A DNA stretch of 64,000 bases from Balanoglossus misakiensis (Eukaryota > Animalia > Hemichordata), in contig CM082598.2 of NCBI GenBank assembly GCA_040954595.2, forward strand, positions 5,161,097 through 5,225,096, in the 5' to 3' direction. Shown here piece by piece: positions 51,201 through 62,700 of the stretch. The number at the start of each line of letters is the position of its first letter. Position 1 is the first letter of the stretch. The notes below the pieces were generated by a model, which made no database searches, had not been told where the DNA came from, and saw only the letters and a list, made by a program, of their open reading frames with translations. A program made the translations under genes and the position numbers.

Positions 51201-52569
51201 TTACCTTTCGTCAATATTTTCCGTCTAAAGAACATATTCAAAGGAGAGATATTAATCAATTCACTTGTTGCAGATTTCTAAAAATAAACCTTGCTTAGTC
51301 GCCTATTGCTTGAGGAAAGACGCTCTACCTTATTGCGTTAGCAATTATTGTTTTTCACAAAAGGCAGCTGATCGCGCGATGATTCTACCTTAGAAGCTTG
51401 CCGAAAATGTACACAGGCCTGTTTTAAAGGGCATTGCAGTTTTTTTCATAACACTGAATACATAAGATATGTACACGCAAGATCCTGAGTAATACCCAAT
51501 CCGTTGCTATTTTTGTGAACCTGACGGATGTGCACTGAAGCCGATTATTTTCTCAGATCTTCCAATAAAGCTGGCGCGTCAACGTCGAAAGGCTGGTTTG
51601 TCCGCCCTCAATGGATAACGGCGCTAAATTTAGCAACGGCGGTGTTTGCCTGACAGAGCACCGCGAGAACGTGAGACAAATATTACGCACGCGGACACCA
51701 TGTGTGAAGAAATCAATTACTACACTCTAATATAACATGTGGAAACGGGTGCGCACGGAATGTCGCTTTAAACGGTCTAACTGACTAAATAGAGCGATCA
51801 ATAACTAAGCGATTTAGTCTCTGAAACATGACCTGGAATTGCAGATGTATCGGCAGGCTCTTGTACATAGGCATTTGACTTATCTCATGGCAATGCATTT
51901 GGTCTGAAAAATCACTACTTCAGTAAAACTTTCTAGTGAATTATCGCTCACGGCTACCTGTGGGCGTATTGGCTATTGTGTAACATGACTTTTTAACATT
52001 TTAGAGTGAACGTTATTATTTTTATATAGTCAATAGAGTTGGTGACACACACAAACGCACATACATACATACATACATACATACATACATACATACATAC
52101 ATACATACATTACATTACATACATATATACAGACAGACAGACAGACAGACGGACGGACAGACACACAGACAGACATACACACAGACAGACATGCAAGGGA
52201 AGTAACTGTGTTGGTATATATCAATCACAATCCTCCCCTTTGATGTACACATTTTGTCACAATGTCATTTCGCACTCACAGAGACAAGACATCGCAACGG
52301 AGGCGTGCCCCAGCGTCAGCGAATGGGTGCAGCCCAGCACAGCACGTGACACAGACAACCGAGAGGTGCAACTGTATTCAATGCAGTGGTTTTGGCGGAC
52401 GACATGTGAAGACTCTGGTAGTCCCTGCCGGGGCTTCGTCGGGGTGTCGAAATGCCGCTCCAAAAGGTCATGGGTCATAGCTTGGGCCAGGGAGACACCT
52501 GACGACTCCTACCAATGGATGTGGGTTGCCATAGAAACCTGCTGTACGTGTGCAATATATGGTCACTGA
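42196..52569 (+). CDS. Prepro-neurotrophin-like protein 2 (NGF family cystine knot, 7 Cys), 200 aa, 4 exons
   Basis: Exons 42196-42247 (MTKLVQAIVYLLIVLIL), 50368-50423 (GHIKFTQGKSIHRPAAHRA), 50967-51173 (pro-domain with RVVFSSNKP, ends ITK), 52282-52569 (RQDIATEACPSVSEWVQPSTARDTDNREVQLYSMQWFWRTTCEDSGSPCRGFVGVSKCRSKRSWVIAWARETPDDSYQWMWVAIETCCTCAIYGH*); total 603 nt. CxSVSEWV, CRG and CxC match NGF/BDNF motifs. Confidence 0.87.
43418..43590. repeat. (ACAT)n/(AC)n microsatellite
   Basis: Directly visible. Confidence 0.95.
44403..44757. mobile_element. About 355-bp TTAA-flanked element (Kolobok-type family 3)
   Basis: TTAA|GGTAACACGC ... GCGTACACTACC|TTAA; related decayed copies at about 21417-21780, 26533-27250, 46272-46620 and 57775-57900. 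Confidence 0.65.
46673..46857 (+). mobile_element. 185-bp MITE family 2, third copy
   Basis: TTAA|AGGTATACAGTCACC ... GGTGACGGTATACCT|TTAA. Confidence 0.8.
50368..50423 (+). CDS. neurotrophin-like 2 exon 2
   Basis: ttttgcag|GA...GCA|gtaagt; completes the signal peptide (probable cleavage after TQG). Confidence 0.75.
50655..50860. mobile_element. Kolobok-type palindromic MITE, left part
   Basis: ttaa|agggacaaaatctctctc start. Confidence 0.7.
50967..51173 (+). CDS. neurotrophin-like 2 exon 3 (pro-domain)
   Basis: ctttcag| SLTSKPFKD...RERVVFSSNKP...SITK |gtgaga. Confidence 0.85.
52045..52190. repeat. (ACAT)n/(GACA)n microsatellite
   Basis: Directly visible. Confidence 0.95.
52282..52569 (+). 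CDS. neurotrophin-like 2 exon 4 (whole mature NGF-like domain)
   Basis: ctcacag| RQDIATEACPSVSEWV...IETCCTCAIYGH-TGA. Confidence 0.92.
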   Translation, partial: RQDIATEACPSVSEWVQPSTARDTDNREVQLYSMQWFWRTTCEDSGSPCRGFVGVSKCRSKRSWVIAWARETPDDSYQWMWVAIETCCTCAIYGH

Positions 52570-53462
52570 TTGTATCTATCTGTTATCAACAGAGAAATTT
52601 CTTTCCACGAGTAAAATTTCGCGAATTTCTTTGAAAGTAGCAAATATTTTACGAGCACAGAAATGATATTTTTATATTCATGATCACGGAGGGTTTGGTT
52701 TCATTCTCAAGATGTCGTTCTGTTTATTTCTTCTTAAAGGTAGTTTGTCTGGGGTTAGAAATTCACTTGCACTCTATCAATAATTGTCACTTGACGCCAA
52801 GTGCACTTGTTGCATACAAATTCATTTTCGGAATCTGAAATACGTTAAACATAGTTTGTCTACTTACAAGTACGTAAAGTAAACATAAGGAAGAAGTCAA
52901 CACCATGGTTTAACGATTAATGTCAAGCAAACATTTAAAAAAGCCAAATATTTTGTTTTCAAAGTTTCGTAGTATTTATGCTTCATTTTAGAGCATGGTT
53001 TGATCGGCAGATAGCGTCGTGGCAAGTATACCATTATGTGCTGTGGTGCTATCTCGCTAATAACCATGAATCACGGTCGTTGCTTTGAAAGGAGCTCTAA
53101 TAAAACGTCCAAGTATAAGTGCTGTTGTCACAGCGTATCGTGCAGAAATGTTAGAAAGAATGATAGAGTTACGCATCAGCGTATTAAAATAAGTGTCTTC
53201 AAGCGTTTAATTTAGGGGTCGATAAAGAATAATGGAAAATGACCATCAGCGGTAAAATGACATTTTATAGGGATAATATATTAGTGCAGCTGTCTCATGG
53301 TCTGAAAATCACACTTACTACACTTAACTGTGTGGGCGTCGAGTAGTATATGGTATAATTCTTCCTATCGTGTATTCCAACTTGGAAGCAGAAAAAATAC
53401 AAATAGAGATTGTAATAACGGCTAAAACGTACATCTTTTAAAACAAAATGGTTGATACTGTT

Positions 53463-53972
53463 TATTACACTAGTGTAACTGCTACAATGTACATCATGGC
53501 AAACAATGTCGTTGTTACTTTGTATTACACTGTACATCATTACAAACAATGTGGTTGTTACTTTGTATGACACTGTAGTGTAACTGCTACAATGTACATC
53601 ATTGCAAACAATGCGGTTTTTACATTGTATTACACTGTAGTGTAACTGCTACAATGTACATCATTGCAAACAATGTGGTTGTTACTTTGTATTACACTGT
53701 AGTGTAACTGCTACAATGTACAGCATTGCAAACAATGTGGTTGTTACTTTGTATTACATTGTAGTGTAACTGCTACAATGTACAGCATTGCAAACAATGC
53801 AGTTGTTAATTTGTATTACACTGTAGAGAATAACGGCTACAAAGTACATCATTGCGAACAATTTCCTTTGATATACCATGTTAGGTTGATAGGGTCTCCC
53901 TGAACAGTGGGAACAATGCCGATGGAGTGTTTATAAGCAGAAATGTTGCACATGTGCAGTTCAGATGACACT
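53463..53972 (-). mobile_element. 62-bp-array element (about 6 units)
   Basis: Reverse-strand array plus the 5' module at 53870-53972. Confidence 0.8.
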
Positions 53973-55463
53973 TCCCATTTAACAGAAACCTATAACTCTC
54001 TCAAGCGCCGCTTGGTGGTGTAAGCATCTTAACGAAGGAAACCACCACCCTTTACTTTCTTGTACGCAAACCCATTTCCATAACCGAAATATGAGAATTT
54101 TTTTCTGAAACTGTCATTATTTCATATTGTGATCAGTAGTGTAATTATTCCCAATCTCTGACACCTTTATAGATCTGACAGTCTACTGGTTACATTTTGC
54201 CATACGAAGCACAATTTATATACAAGGTTCCCTCAATAGAATGTTTAGCCCCAAAAGGGATGATAGTGTAACAAACGTAAAGAGATGTAAACAAATATAC
54301 AAGTTATAATTAATTTCTGTAGTCGGTAGAATAGCGTACTTCTAAAATTTGAACTTTTAACACCTTGACAGACAGTAGTTTTCACAAGTCTGTTTTCACA
54401 GAGTTTTATCTCTAGCAAGATAAACAATATGTTTTATTTATGTTCACATCATCGTTTACGAATTATGATATATTATAAGGCTATATAATATGTTAATTTC
54501 ACCTAGATTTTCTTTCATCGAAACTTCTCTAAAATATTCTAAAATGTTCTCCTTTGTGATTATCTAAGCGATGGTACAATTTTTTCTGCTCAATTCAAGG
54601 TGTGCATTACATTTTTGCCGCCATATTATCAAACCGCGTTGTCAAGATGGTTTGAGGCAAATTATTTCACATTTTGTGATTTTGTGCGGAAACTTCTTCA
54701 GAAGCAAGTGTCGATCATTCTCAAGTTGAAAAGTGATCACAGGTGAAAAAGATCGAAGCGAAGTGATTGTACTTATAACCTCCAGCACAAAATCCGCTTA
54801 GAACAAGATGCTCCGCACTTCTTGACATTTGCATAAAGGACCGCATCAATGCCTTTTCCCTTATGTAATTGCCAATAAATATTTACTTATAATTGTTACA
54901 CTATTTCTTCACTATTTATTTAAAATAAAATGTTCAATTTTAAAACGTGTCTTGATTTTTATTATTTTCAGGTTGTTTAGTTGGTTGGCTAGCTTTGTCG
55001 CTCATTCATTGTATGACGTTTATATTTTAATCGCCATTTTGTCGATGGGTCTAAATTCGTCATAGGCTTTGGGTACAGCAGGTCGTTGGTAATTGTTATT
55101 GATTTCCCCATCACCACATGAATTGTGTTCTTTAGAACAAGGTGTGTCACCCGGTTATGTCTATAATTGGGGTATTAACAACGCGCCCCCGTCCCCGTAA
55201 GAGTGTCAAGTGGCATTTAAAAACAACATGTGCCACAGAGGGCGTTGCTAATCAAAGTTATGACGTCATCAACAAGTAATTGTTTCAAAACAGTCTTGCC
55301 GGTCGTCAAAGTTAAATATATTTTTTTTTCATTTTGTACTCATAGGTAATTTTTAGCAGTTAGATTCGTTTAATATTTAGAGTTAGGATATATATAACAA
55401 AATTAATGTTATTTAAACCACGCTAATTGGTTAAATAAACCGGTGTTTCAAGTCGGTTCTTAT

Positions 55464-56280
55464 ATATAATTCCCCCGTATTTCGAACGAGTGTGCCTGCG
55501 TCGCGGACGAGTGATTCCCCGTATAGCGGCCGTATCCCTCCGAGCCGCAGGCGAGGAGGGATACAGCTATACGGGGAATCACGAGTTCGCGACGCAGGTA
55601 CACGAGTGAGGAATACGGGGGAATTATATGTTTATCACATACATAGATCCGCTAATTTTGATTTTCAAATAAATATCTTTGTGGTTGCGATAAAATTTGG
55701 AACTATTTTGTGCATAATTGAAGATCGATGTTATGCGGTCTATCTGTCAGGTGACTCAGGTCACGACCTGGACGATTCTGGTTTTGGCGAGGACCCGTCT
55801 GTCGTGCGTCAGCTGGATTTCATCGTCCGTCAAGGTTTCACTGGAGCAGGAAACCTTTCTTATGCCTTTTGCTTTATGACTAGACCGTTTTGCTCTAATC
55901 GTCGCATCAAAATTTTTGCGAATACTCAGTTTTGTACCTGTCGCTCGTTCGACAACGCGACGACATTGGCTCAGCACTGCCGACCTCGCGACAGTTTTGG
56001 TGCCGGTTGGTGCGATAAAAATGTACACAGGTAGAACTAATCGTCGATCGTCCATATTTACACATACGAAACATTTTATTTATCTTTGCTTATTTTTTAA
56101 TATCGAAATAAAACCACAATTGCACTGAATTTTGTCGCCCTAAGAGGACTTTGTTTACAAGTTTAAAATAGTTCCGTTTGGTGACGTCAGAGGGATGGGT
56201 ATTACAATAACGCTTGGTGCAAATTTACCTACGTCTGACGTCATACTATGGTATATGCGGAGCTATGTATGTGATAACAA
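55464..56280 (-). mobile_element. Hairpin-ended element with a Crypton-like (DUF3504-type tyrosine recombinase) fragment
   Basis: About 165-bp hairpin at 55464-55629; 21-bp inverted repeats at 55632-55652 and 56257-56277; internal minus-strand peptide FDATIRAKRSSHKAKGIRKVSCSSETLTDDEIQLTHDRRVLAK resembles the Crypton/ZMYM LxAKxKxLKxxG...LTxEE..L...L(G)..PES region. Confidence 0.6.
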
Positions 56281-56600
56281 TTATTATATTATACCAGTAT
56301 ATTGATGGTGTAAATCACGCTATTTGATTGGTCGAGACACGACACGTGACCGTGATATATTAGCCATATACCACAGTCATATATCATAGTTAAAGAAAAT
56401 GCCTTTTTAAAATGTTTTATGCAAAGTTTCAATATACTGGCATAATATAATAGCAATAAAACACCCCCAGCCATGGTATACCACTCGATTTTGACCAGTT
56501 CAACTCCATATACGCACTCGCTATCGCTCGTGCGTATATGTCGTGAACTGGTCAAAATCTCGTGATATACCATGGCTGGGGGTGTTTTATTGCTTAAATA
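56281..56600. mobile_element. Short hairpin-ended element, mirror architecture
   Basis: Inverted repeats at 56287-56305 and 56429-56447, then a hairpin at 56452-56595 with central CTCGCTATCGCTCG. Confidence 0.7.
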
Positions 56601-57043
56601 TTCTATACTTGTGAAGTCGAGGTATTGATGTTGTAGTTAGTAAATTTTCTCACTCTCTGTTTGCCTCTCGGTGATCACGACAATTCGAAACCGATCACCA
56701 AGTGTCACTGAAGGAAGCAGTCAGACTCCAACCTTGCAATATATCTGGGATGAGGTTATACGCTGCGAGATTTTGCAATCTTTTTTGCAAGTATAAGTCC
56801 AACTGTATTATTATGGCCTTGAAGCAAAATCGCTGCAAACAAAACACTTTGGATTTCTTTTCAACCGTCCGGAAATCCGTGCGCCGATATGACCTTTATT
56901 AACTGGTAATTTGCACGTCAAGATGGTGTGGTTCTTTGTATTGCATACGTCCCTCGACGCTACACCATGTCTGGCACTGACGCACGTACCATCTATATGA
57001 CGATTCGGCACACGTGCACAATTTCTCGCGTTCATGCATATTG

Positions 57044-57380
57044 TATACATACATACATACATACATACATACATACATACATACATACATACATACATAC
57101 ATACATACATACATACATACATACATACATACATACATACATACATACATACATACATACAAACATACATACATACATACATACATACATACATACATAC
57201 ATACATACACACATACATACATACATACATACATACATACATACATACATACATACATACATACATACATACATACATACACACATACACACATACATAC
57301 ATACATACATACATACATACATACATACATACATACATACATACATACATACATACATACATACATACATACATACATAC
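57044..57380. repeat. (ACAT)n microsatellite
   Basis: Directly visible. Confidence 0.98.
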
Positions 57381-60300
57381 AATATAACAAACTTCAACTA
57401 CTCTGCAGAAAACAAAAATATTCGTTTTCATGGATTTCAAGGGGTGGAGCCAAGGAGGTCTACCTCAGTACGTGATTGAAGTAGCCTCACAAAGAAAACA
57501 ATCTACCTAGTAAAGTGCCCTATTAATCTAACATTCACGTGGGTGTGACATAATTATTCACATTTATCCCATCAATTTATGTGAAAAGCCCGGTGGACAG
57601 GATAAACATTTGTCCCACGAAACATTTTATAACCACGCTGCATGCTTTTTATTGAGTCTGTTTCATCGCATAGAAACATGATTTTATCAGCACAAATTAG
57701 TGACACCATGCTATTACGTTTCTATTAACACATCGACAATAAAAAGTGAGATATAATGATACATCTCATAACTATTAAGGTAGTCCGTGTCTCAGGGGAC
57801 AGATTTCCAGAAAAATGATAGCCCCCAAACCGTTCAATTCCTTGTGATAGTAAAGGGTGTGAGGAGTCTTTGTTGAGAGCAAAAGAAGAAAACTGGGGGT
57901 CCAAAGGCCACAGTTGCTTGTCACTGAAAACAGGTCATGTTTGGTTTTAACACGTGTTCATCACTGTGACACATTCACTGCTAAAAATGGTGTGCCCGAA
58001 AGCGTTTAGATTTCCACCCTCCGTCTTCGTAACGTTTTTCCTCAATCGAGACATTGCGAGGAGACGAATGAATAGCGATGTCTCGTGCCCTTTCGAAGCA
58101 GCACCCCTCCCAACTCGTTACAAATAAATTTGAGTCCATTTACACAATTTTTGGCCCTTTGTTCGGACGTATGGTGGCGCCTTAGCCTGATTCTTACCGC
58201 AGACTTCCGGGCGCCATCGAAACATCACACCCATGTGTAGCAGTGGTCAACAAAACGAGACAAAACAGAGGTATGTGCGCGCGGATTGCAACTGGTTCTA
58301 TCGAGTCAGAACCTTTCAATAAACAAGCAAGCAGAAGGCCTACGCACATTTCTCAGAGTAAAATACCACAAGGAAGTCTGCCTATGCCTATTGAGAACGC
58401 GAAATTAAAACATATTTTCAGGAATCACAGCAACTCCATCTGAAAGACACGGCCCTCACATATCATATGCACGGTACGTTCAATTCTTAATTAAAATGCG
58501 GCAAATACCGCTTTGAGATGTTATATGTTGGGTGGAACATCATCCTAAGCGATCTGACAAAACCGATATCAGAGCATCTACGTTCCCAAGTGTCTTGCCA
58601 ATCAGTTAACATACCGTTTAAATGTTTGACAAGGCGAAACAGGTCATGCTTGACGACATCGATAAAGCCTATGAATTGAACATGTGGGCTTTCCGCACCG
58701 AGTCGTGATTAAAGGGGAGCTGTTTGTACATTGTATTTCGCTATTCGGAATTTGATTTCTATTCATTTTTGTGGAAAAAAGAGACGAACCACCAACAATT
58801 AAAATCTCGTACGTAAATGGTCGCTTTAATTTTAATTTATTAGTTAAAACCTCCCAATTGAATGTATGAAACTCTATAGATCTATCTGTTTTCCTACATG
58901 TTATTTACGGCACTCTGGTTTTCATTTTCTCCCCGCCTAAATTAGTCTATTTACCTTTTACCTTTTATATAATAACATGGATTGTATGGGCGAGCGAGAT
59001 AGTCAAACAGATAGACAGGTAGTCAGTTATAGACGGACAGACAATCAAAGTCCATAAAATGTTAAATCAGAACGGATTAGGCCCTTAATATAGAGACAAC
59101 GGAAGGACAAGAGGTAGACTCCGTAATTGTTAAGTTCCTGTTTTAAGTGCAAAATCATGTTTGCACTTTGTCGGTGGGCGCACCTGTACATGGCGGTTTT
59201 GCGAGAGTGCAACACATGCGGTTTATTGATTGAACACATCACATATTGTAGTCTGACAGAGTAATCTCTAATGGCGAGTTTCTGATATAATGTATGGCCG
59301 ACAATTGTATTGAAATTAATTTTGGAAGTGTTGGGTAATGTTTGGTGGCCAAAAATGGTACAGAACACAAGAGGAGGAAGTGAAGATGTCACATGTGGAG
59401 GTCAAAGTAGGCCCACTCAGGAAAGGGTTCGGCAAGAAAGACGGAATTGAATAGGACAGAAACGCCACCTAGTGTCAACAGCCATTGACCTCTGACCTTT
59501 GATCCCACTATCACTATACTATTCAACTAATAAGTACAGTGTCCGTTAATTGATTGGCAAGATACTTTGGGACGTGTTCTGTACTGCAATATGGCGGCCT
59601 CCGCAACTACAGCTCCGAAGTTTCCACGCTCCACGTGTTGGTCATCGGCTGCAGCTATACGTATATGTGCGTAACAAGGTGAGGTATTGCGGCCTGTGCA
59701 TCCCTTCAAAAACCCTAACCCTACTGTCTGTGTCGCTTTTGCTTTGCTTGATTTTGAGACATGTCGTCGACTTAGTCGCGAGGTTGTGGTTAGCATGTAG
59801 CTGTGGAAACGCAGCTGTTCCGCCAGGGGGGGATGCAGCTAGCAACAGTTGCATGCATGAGCCAAACCAACTTGTCTTCAAGTTTGAAATTTGGTCGAAA
59901 TTCTCCCATCTTGATTAGAGCGCCCCCTTGAATTACATTGGCAGAAAATGAACGAATTGATTGATTTCCCCACTGGTGGCGCAGGTTATCAGAAAACCAC
60001 CGTTGTACTGTCAAATGACGTGGACGACGTTGTTAGGCCTGATGAAAAGAAATGATTTTTAGAGATTTTTTGTGAAATATTGGCAGGACATAACCGTACA
60101 CATTTCTATAGAAGTACGCCCCTACCCCCTACACCACCAGCACCTGAAGAAAATTTCTTTCCAGTATGGAACACTGTGCGATATGTTGGTAACATTATTA
60201 TCAGTTCAGTACGTGACCACGACATCCAGAGTGTCAACTTATGTTATTTAAATCTTTAACGGATTCTGCTGCTTTGTCGGTGCTTTTTCCTCGGTCTCCA

Positions 60301-60779
60301 AGTTTTGGGTCAAATCTGCACTTTTATGATTTGGGGGATTTTTTTTTCCATTTTCGGGAAAAGAATCTTAGAAATCACGTGTTCGTTTGAAGTTTCGCGT
60401 GCGCAGGTCCCTAGAGATGATTTAAGTCAGACTTTTATCAAATATGTGACGAAATCTTCAATATTACATTGTATGTCAATTTTTGCCTTATTGGATAGAA
60501 ACAAAAATATTCCATTCAGGATAAACTTGTCAGGATAAACTTGATTGCTTGAAATTTTGGTGTAGAGGTCTTTTTGGTTGACTTGAATGAGTTGTTTAAA
60601 ATTAGTTTGAAAAAAAAACATGATTGTGGTTTTCTGGCTATTTTTTTCCAATTTTCGAAACTGCTTGTCTAATTTCCTTGAAATTTGGCACACATGCACT
60701 TTAATTGCCATAGCAACCCATCTTGCCAGAAGTAACATAAAAAAGGAACAACTTTGTGAACGATTGCTCTATGTAACAA

Positions 60780-61230
60780 TTCAATTTTCCAGTCGCTCTT
60801 GACCATGATGACGCTTGTTGTAGCCGTGGTTATTGCAGACACACAAAGCTACGTCATCACGTAGTAGGCAGCCGTTTTCCTGCAGCACCTGCAGTTCAAT
60901 GACCTTTGTGGACCAGTTACACAAAGAATTGACGTCGTGATCTGATATAATCATAGTTGGGGGCAATAATCCTTTTTACGTGGGCTTGTAGTCAGATTTA
61001 ATTTCCTTCTCAAGATAGTAAAACCTGTCATAAACACTCGTGACGTGAATCCCTTTAATTTTCCGGAGATTAGTGGGCTTATGAACAAATGTCTTGCTAA
61101 TTGTCTCTTATCACTTGATAATCTAACGCCTTCCCCCTGGGTCCTGTTGACATATATTACCATTAAATCTGTCTGGACCATTATAGCGTTTACTTTTAGC
61201 ATCTCCTATCTATGCGAAATGGCGATTTAG
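60780..61230 (-). mobile_element. Decayed RTE-like LINE fragment
   Basis: Pieces DLMVIYVNRT, STKVI..LLRDDVAL (LLFADDxAL-like) and PPTMII. Confidence 0.35.
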
Positions 61231-61426
61231 CGGAAAATAAAGGATTTTTGCTGTTTGGGATTGTGCGAAGAATTCAAACTTTGTCATAATTGTCGTGTCT
61301 AATTTCACAAGTGATGTCGAGTTCAAGAGCTCTGGTGTGGAGGAAATCGAGATACGCACAGCCATGTGAAAGTGACACAGATGCATTTTGAGTGGTTCAG
61401 AGAGACAGAAACAGAGAGCTTGAGAG

Positions 61427-61429
<3 letters not shown>

Positions 61430-61509
<80 letters not shown>

Positions 61510-61525
61510 GACAGAGAGACAGACA
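61430..61525. repeat. (GA)n microsatellite
   Basis: Directly visible. Confidence 0.97.
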
Positions 61526-61615
61526 GGGAAGAGATTGAGAGAAAGAGTAATAGAGAAATATACGTCTGGATACAGAGAGACGAGTGGGCAGACAAACAGA
61601 TAGAAAGGAAGAAGG

Positions 61616-61649
<34 letters not shown>

Positions 61650-62105
61650 GAGGAAGGAAGGAAGATTAAGGGTGAAAGAAAGTCAAAGTTATCAAATAGA
61701 TACTCTTTATGCCCCTGTCTATTCTACTCATTGCATATACGAAATTTCATTGAAAGTTGTATGAGGTTTTTTATGGACAGCAGTGATTCTATGACGCATG
61801 CTCGGAACGGCTTGATGAAAGATAGAATGATGATCATTTGAATGAAGAAAAAATAACCTAAAAATAATATATTTCTTTTTCCGTTCTGGTGCGTTTTTTG
61901 AGGTTCTATAACGTGTGGCATCATTTATCACGGGTTCGGTCTTTAATATTTTCATTCCGGAGACAAGATTCTTGACAGAAAAAAACACCATCTGGAGAAA
62001 TGTCAGCTTCAAATCATCGATGGTTGTTGTTTTTCAAGTGGAAAACCGTGACTGATATAGACTGTCAAGAGTCTGTCTTTTGTTTTGCGCATTTGCTGTT
62101 CACAG

Positions 62106-62460
62106 TAGTGATTGCCACCCTCGACGTGCTGTGCTGAAGTGCTGAGGGATTATAAACCATGGACGACATCATCACAATGGCTTTGCGTAAAACTACTACT
62201 CAACACGTTTCCGCTTCAGTTCTACGACATGTTGAGAGTGGTTGATTGCGGTAGAGTCGACGCTTACAGCACTTGGCATTGAGTGCATGAAGTGACAAGA
62301 GATTACTTTTGCGAAGGACGTTGGTCAAGAGCTTCGCATTCATTGGCCACTGAGTATTGTGATAAACCATGAAAACCCGTGCAGTTAGGAAACACCAGGT
62401 GGCATGCTGAGGGCATTGATCTCACCAGAAAGGTCGTCGTCGGCTTAGTTTCCAGCCCCC
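62106..62460 (+). pseudogene. Possible decayed third neurotrophin-like paralogue
   Basis: After the acceptor ttcacag (62105): RFRFSSTT (pro-domain-like), and in another frame RWSR-ASHSLATEYCDKP*KPVQ...GIDLTRKVVV, which aligns with paralogue 2 KR-QDIATEACPSVSEWVQ. Stops and frameshifts are present. Confidence 0.3.
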
Positions 62461-62700
62461 CTCCCCCCAAAAAAATGCTGAATATCTTATATGTTTGTAT
62501 AAATGATAGTCTAGAGAATGCAGTGTCTGTGTTGTGAAGGATGCATTTCATAATATACAATTTACTTCTTTTTCCCCAATAACCGAAGCTGTGATGTTGA
62601 ATAGTCTAAGTGATTTACCATGATTTTTGCTGTTGACTTTAGCACCAGAATGCATTTTCAGTCTTATAAATGTTAAAAATAAGTTTTTGGGGAGAGGAGC

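Noticed and set aside
51557-51620. Extra exon in neurotrophin-like 2 intron 3
   Set aside because: Immediate in-frame stop in the required phase 0.
52039-52281. N-terminal part of the 176-aa ORF 52039-52569
   Set aside because: Intronic microsatellite read-through; the real exon starts at the acceptor 52281/52282.
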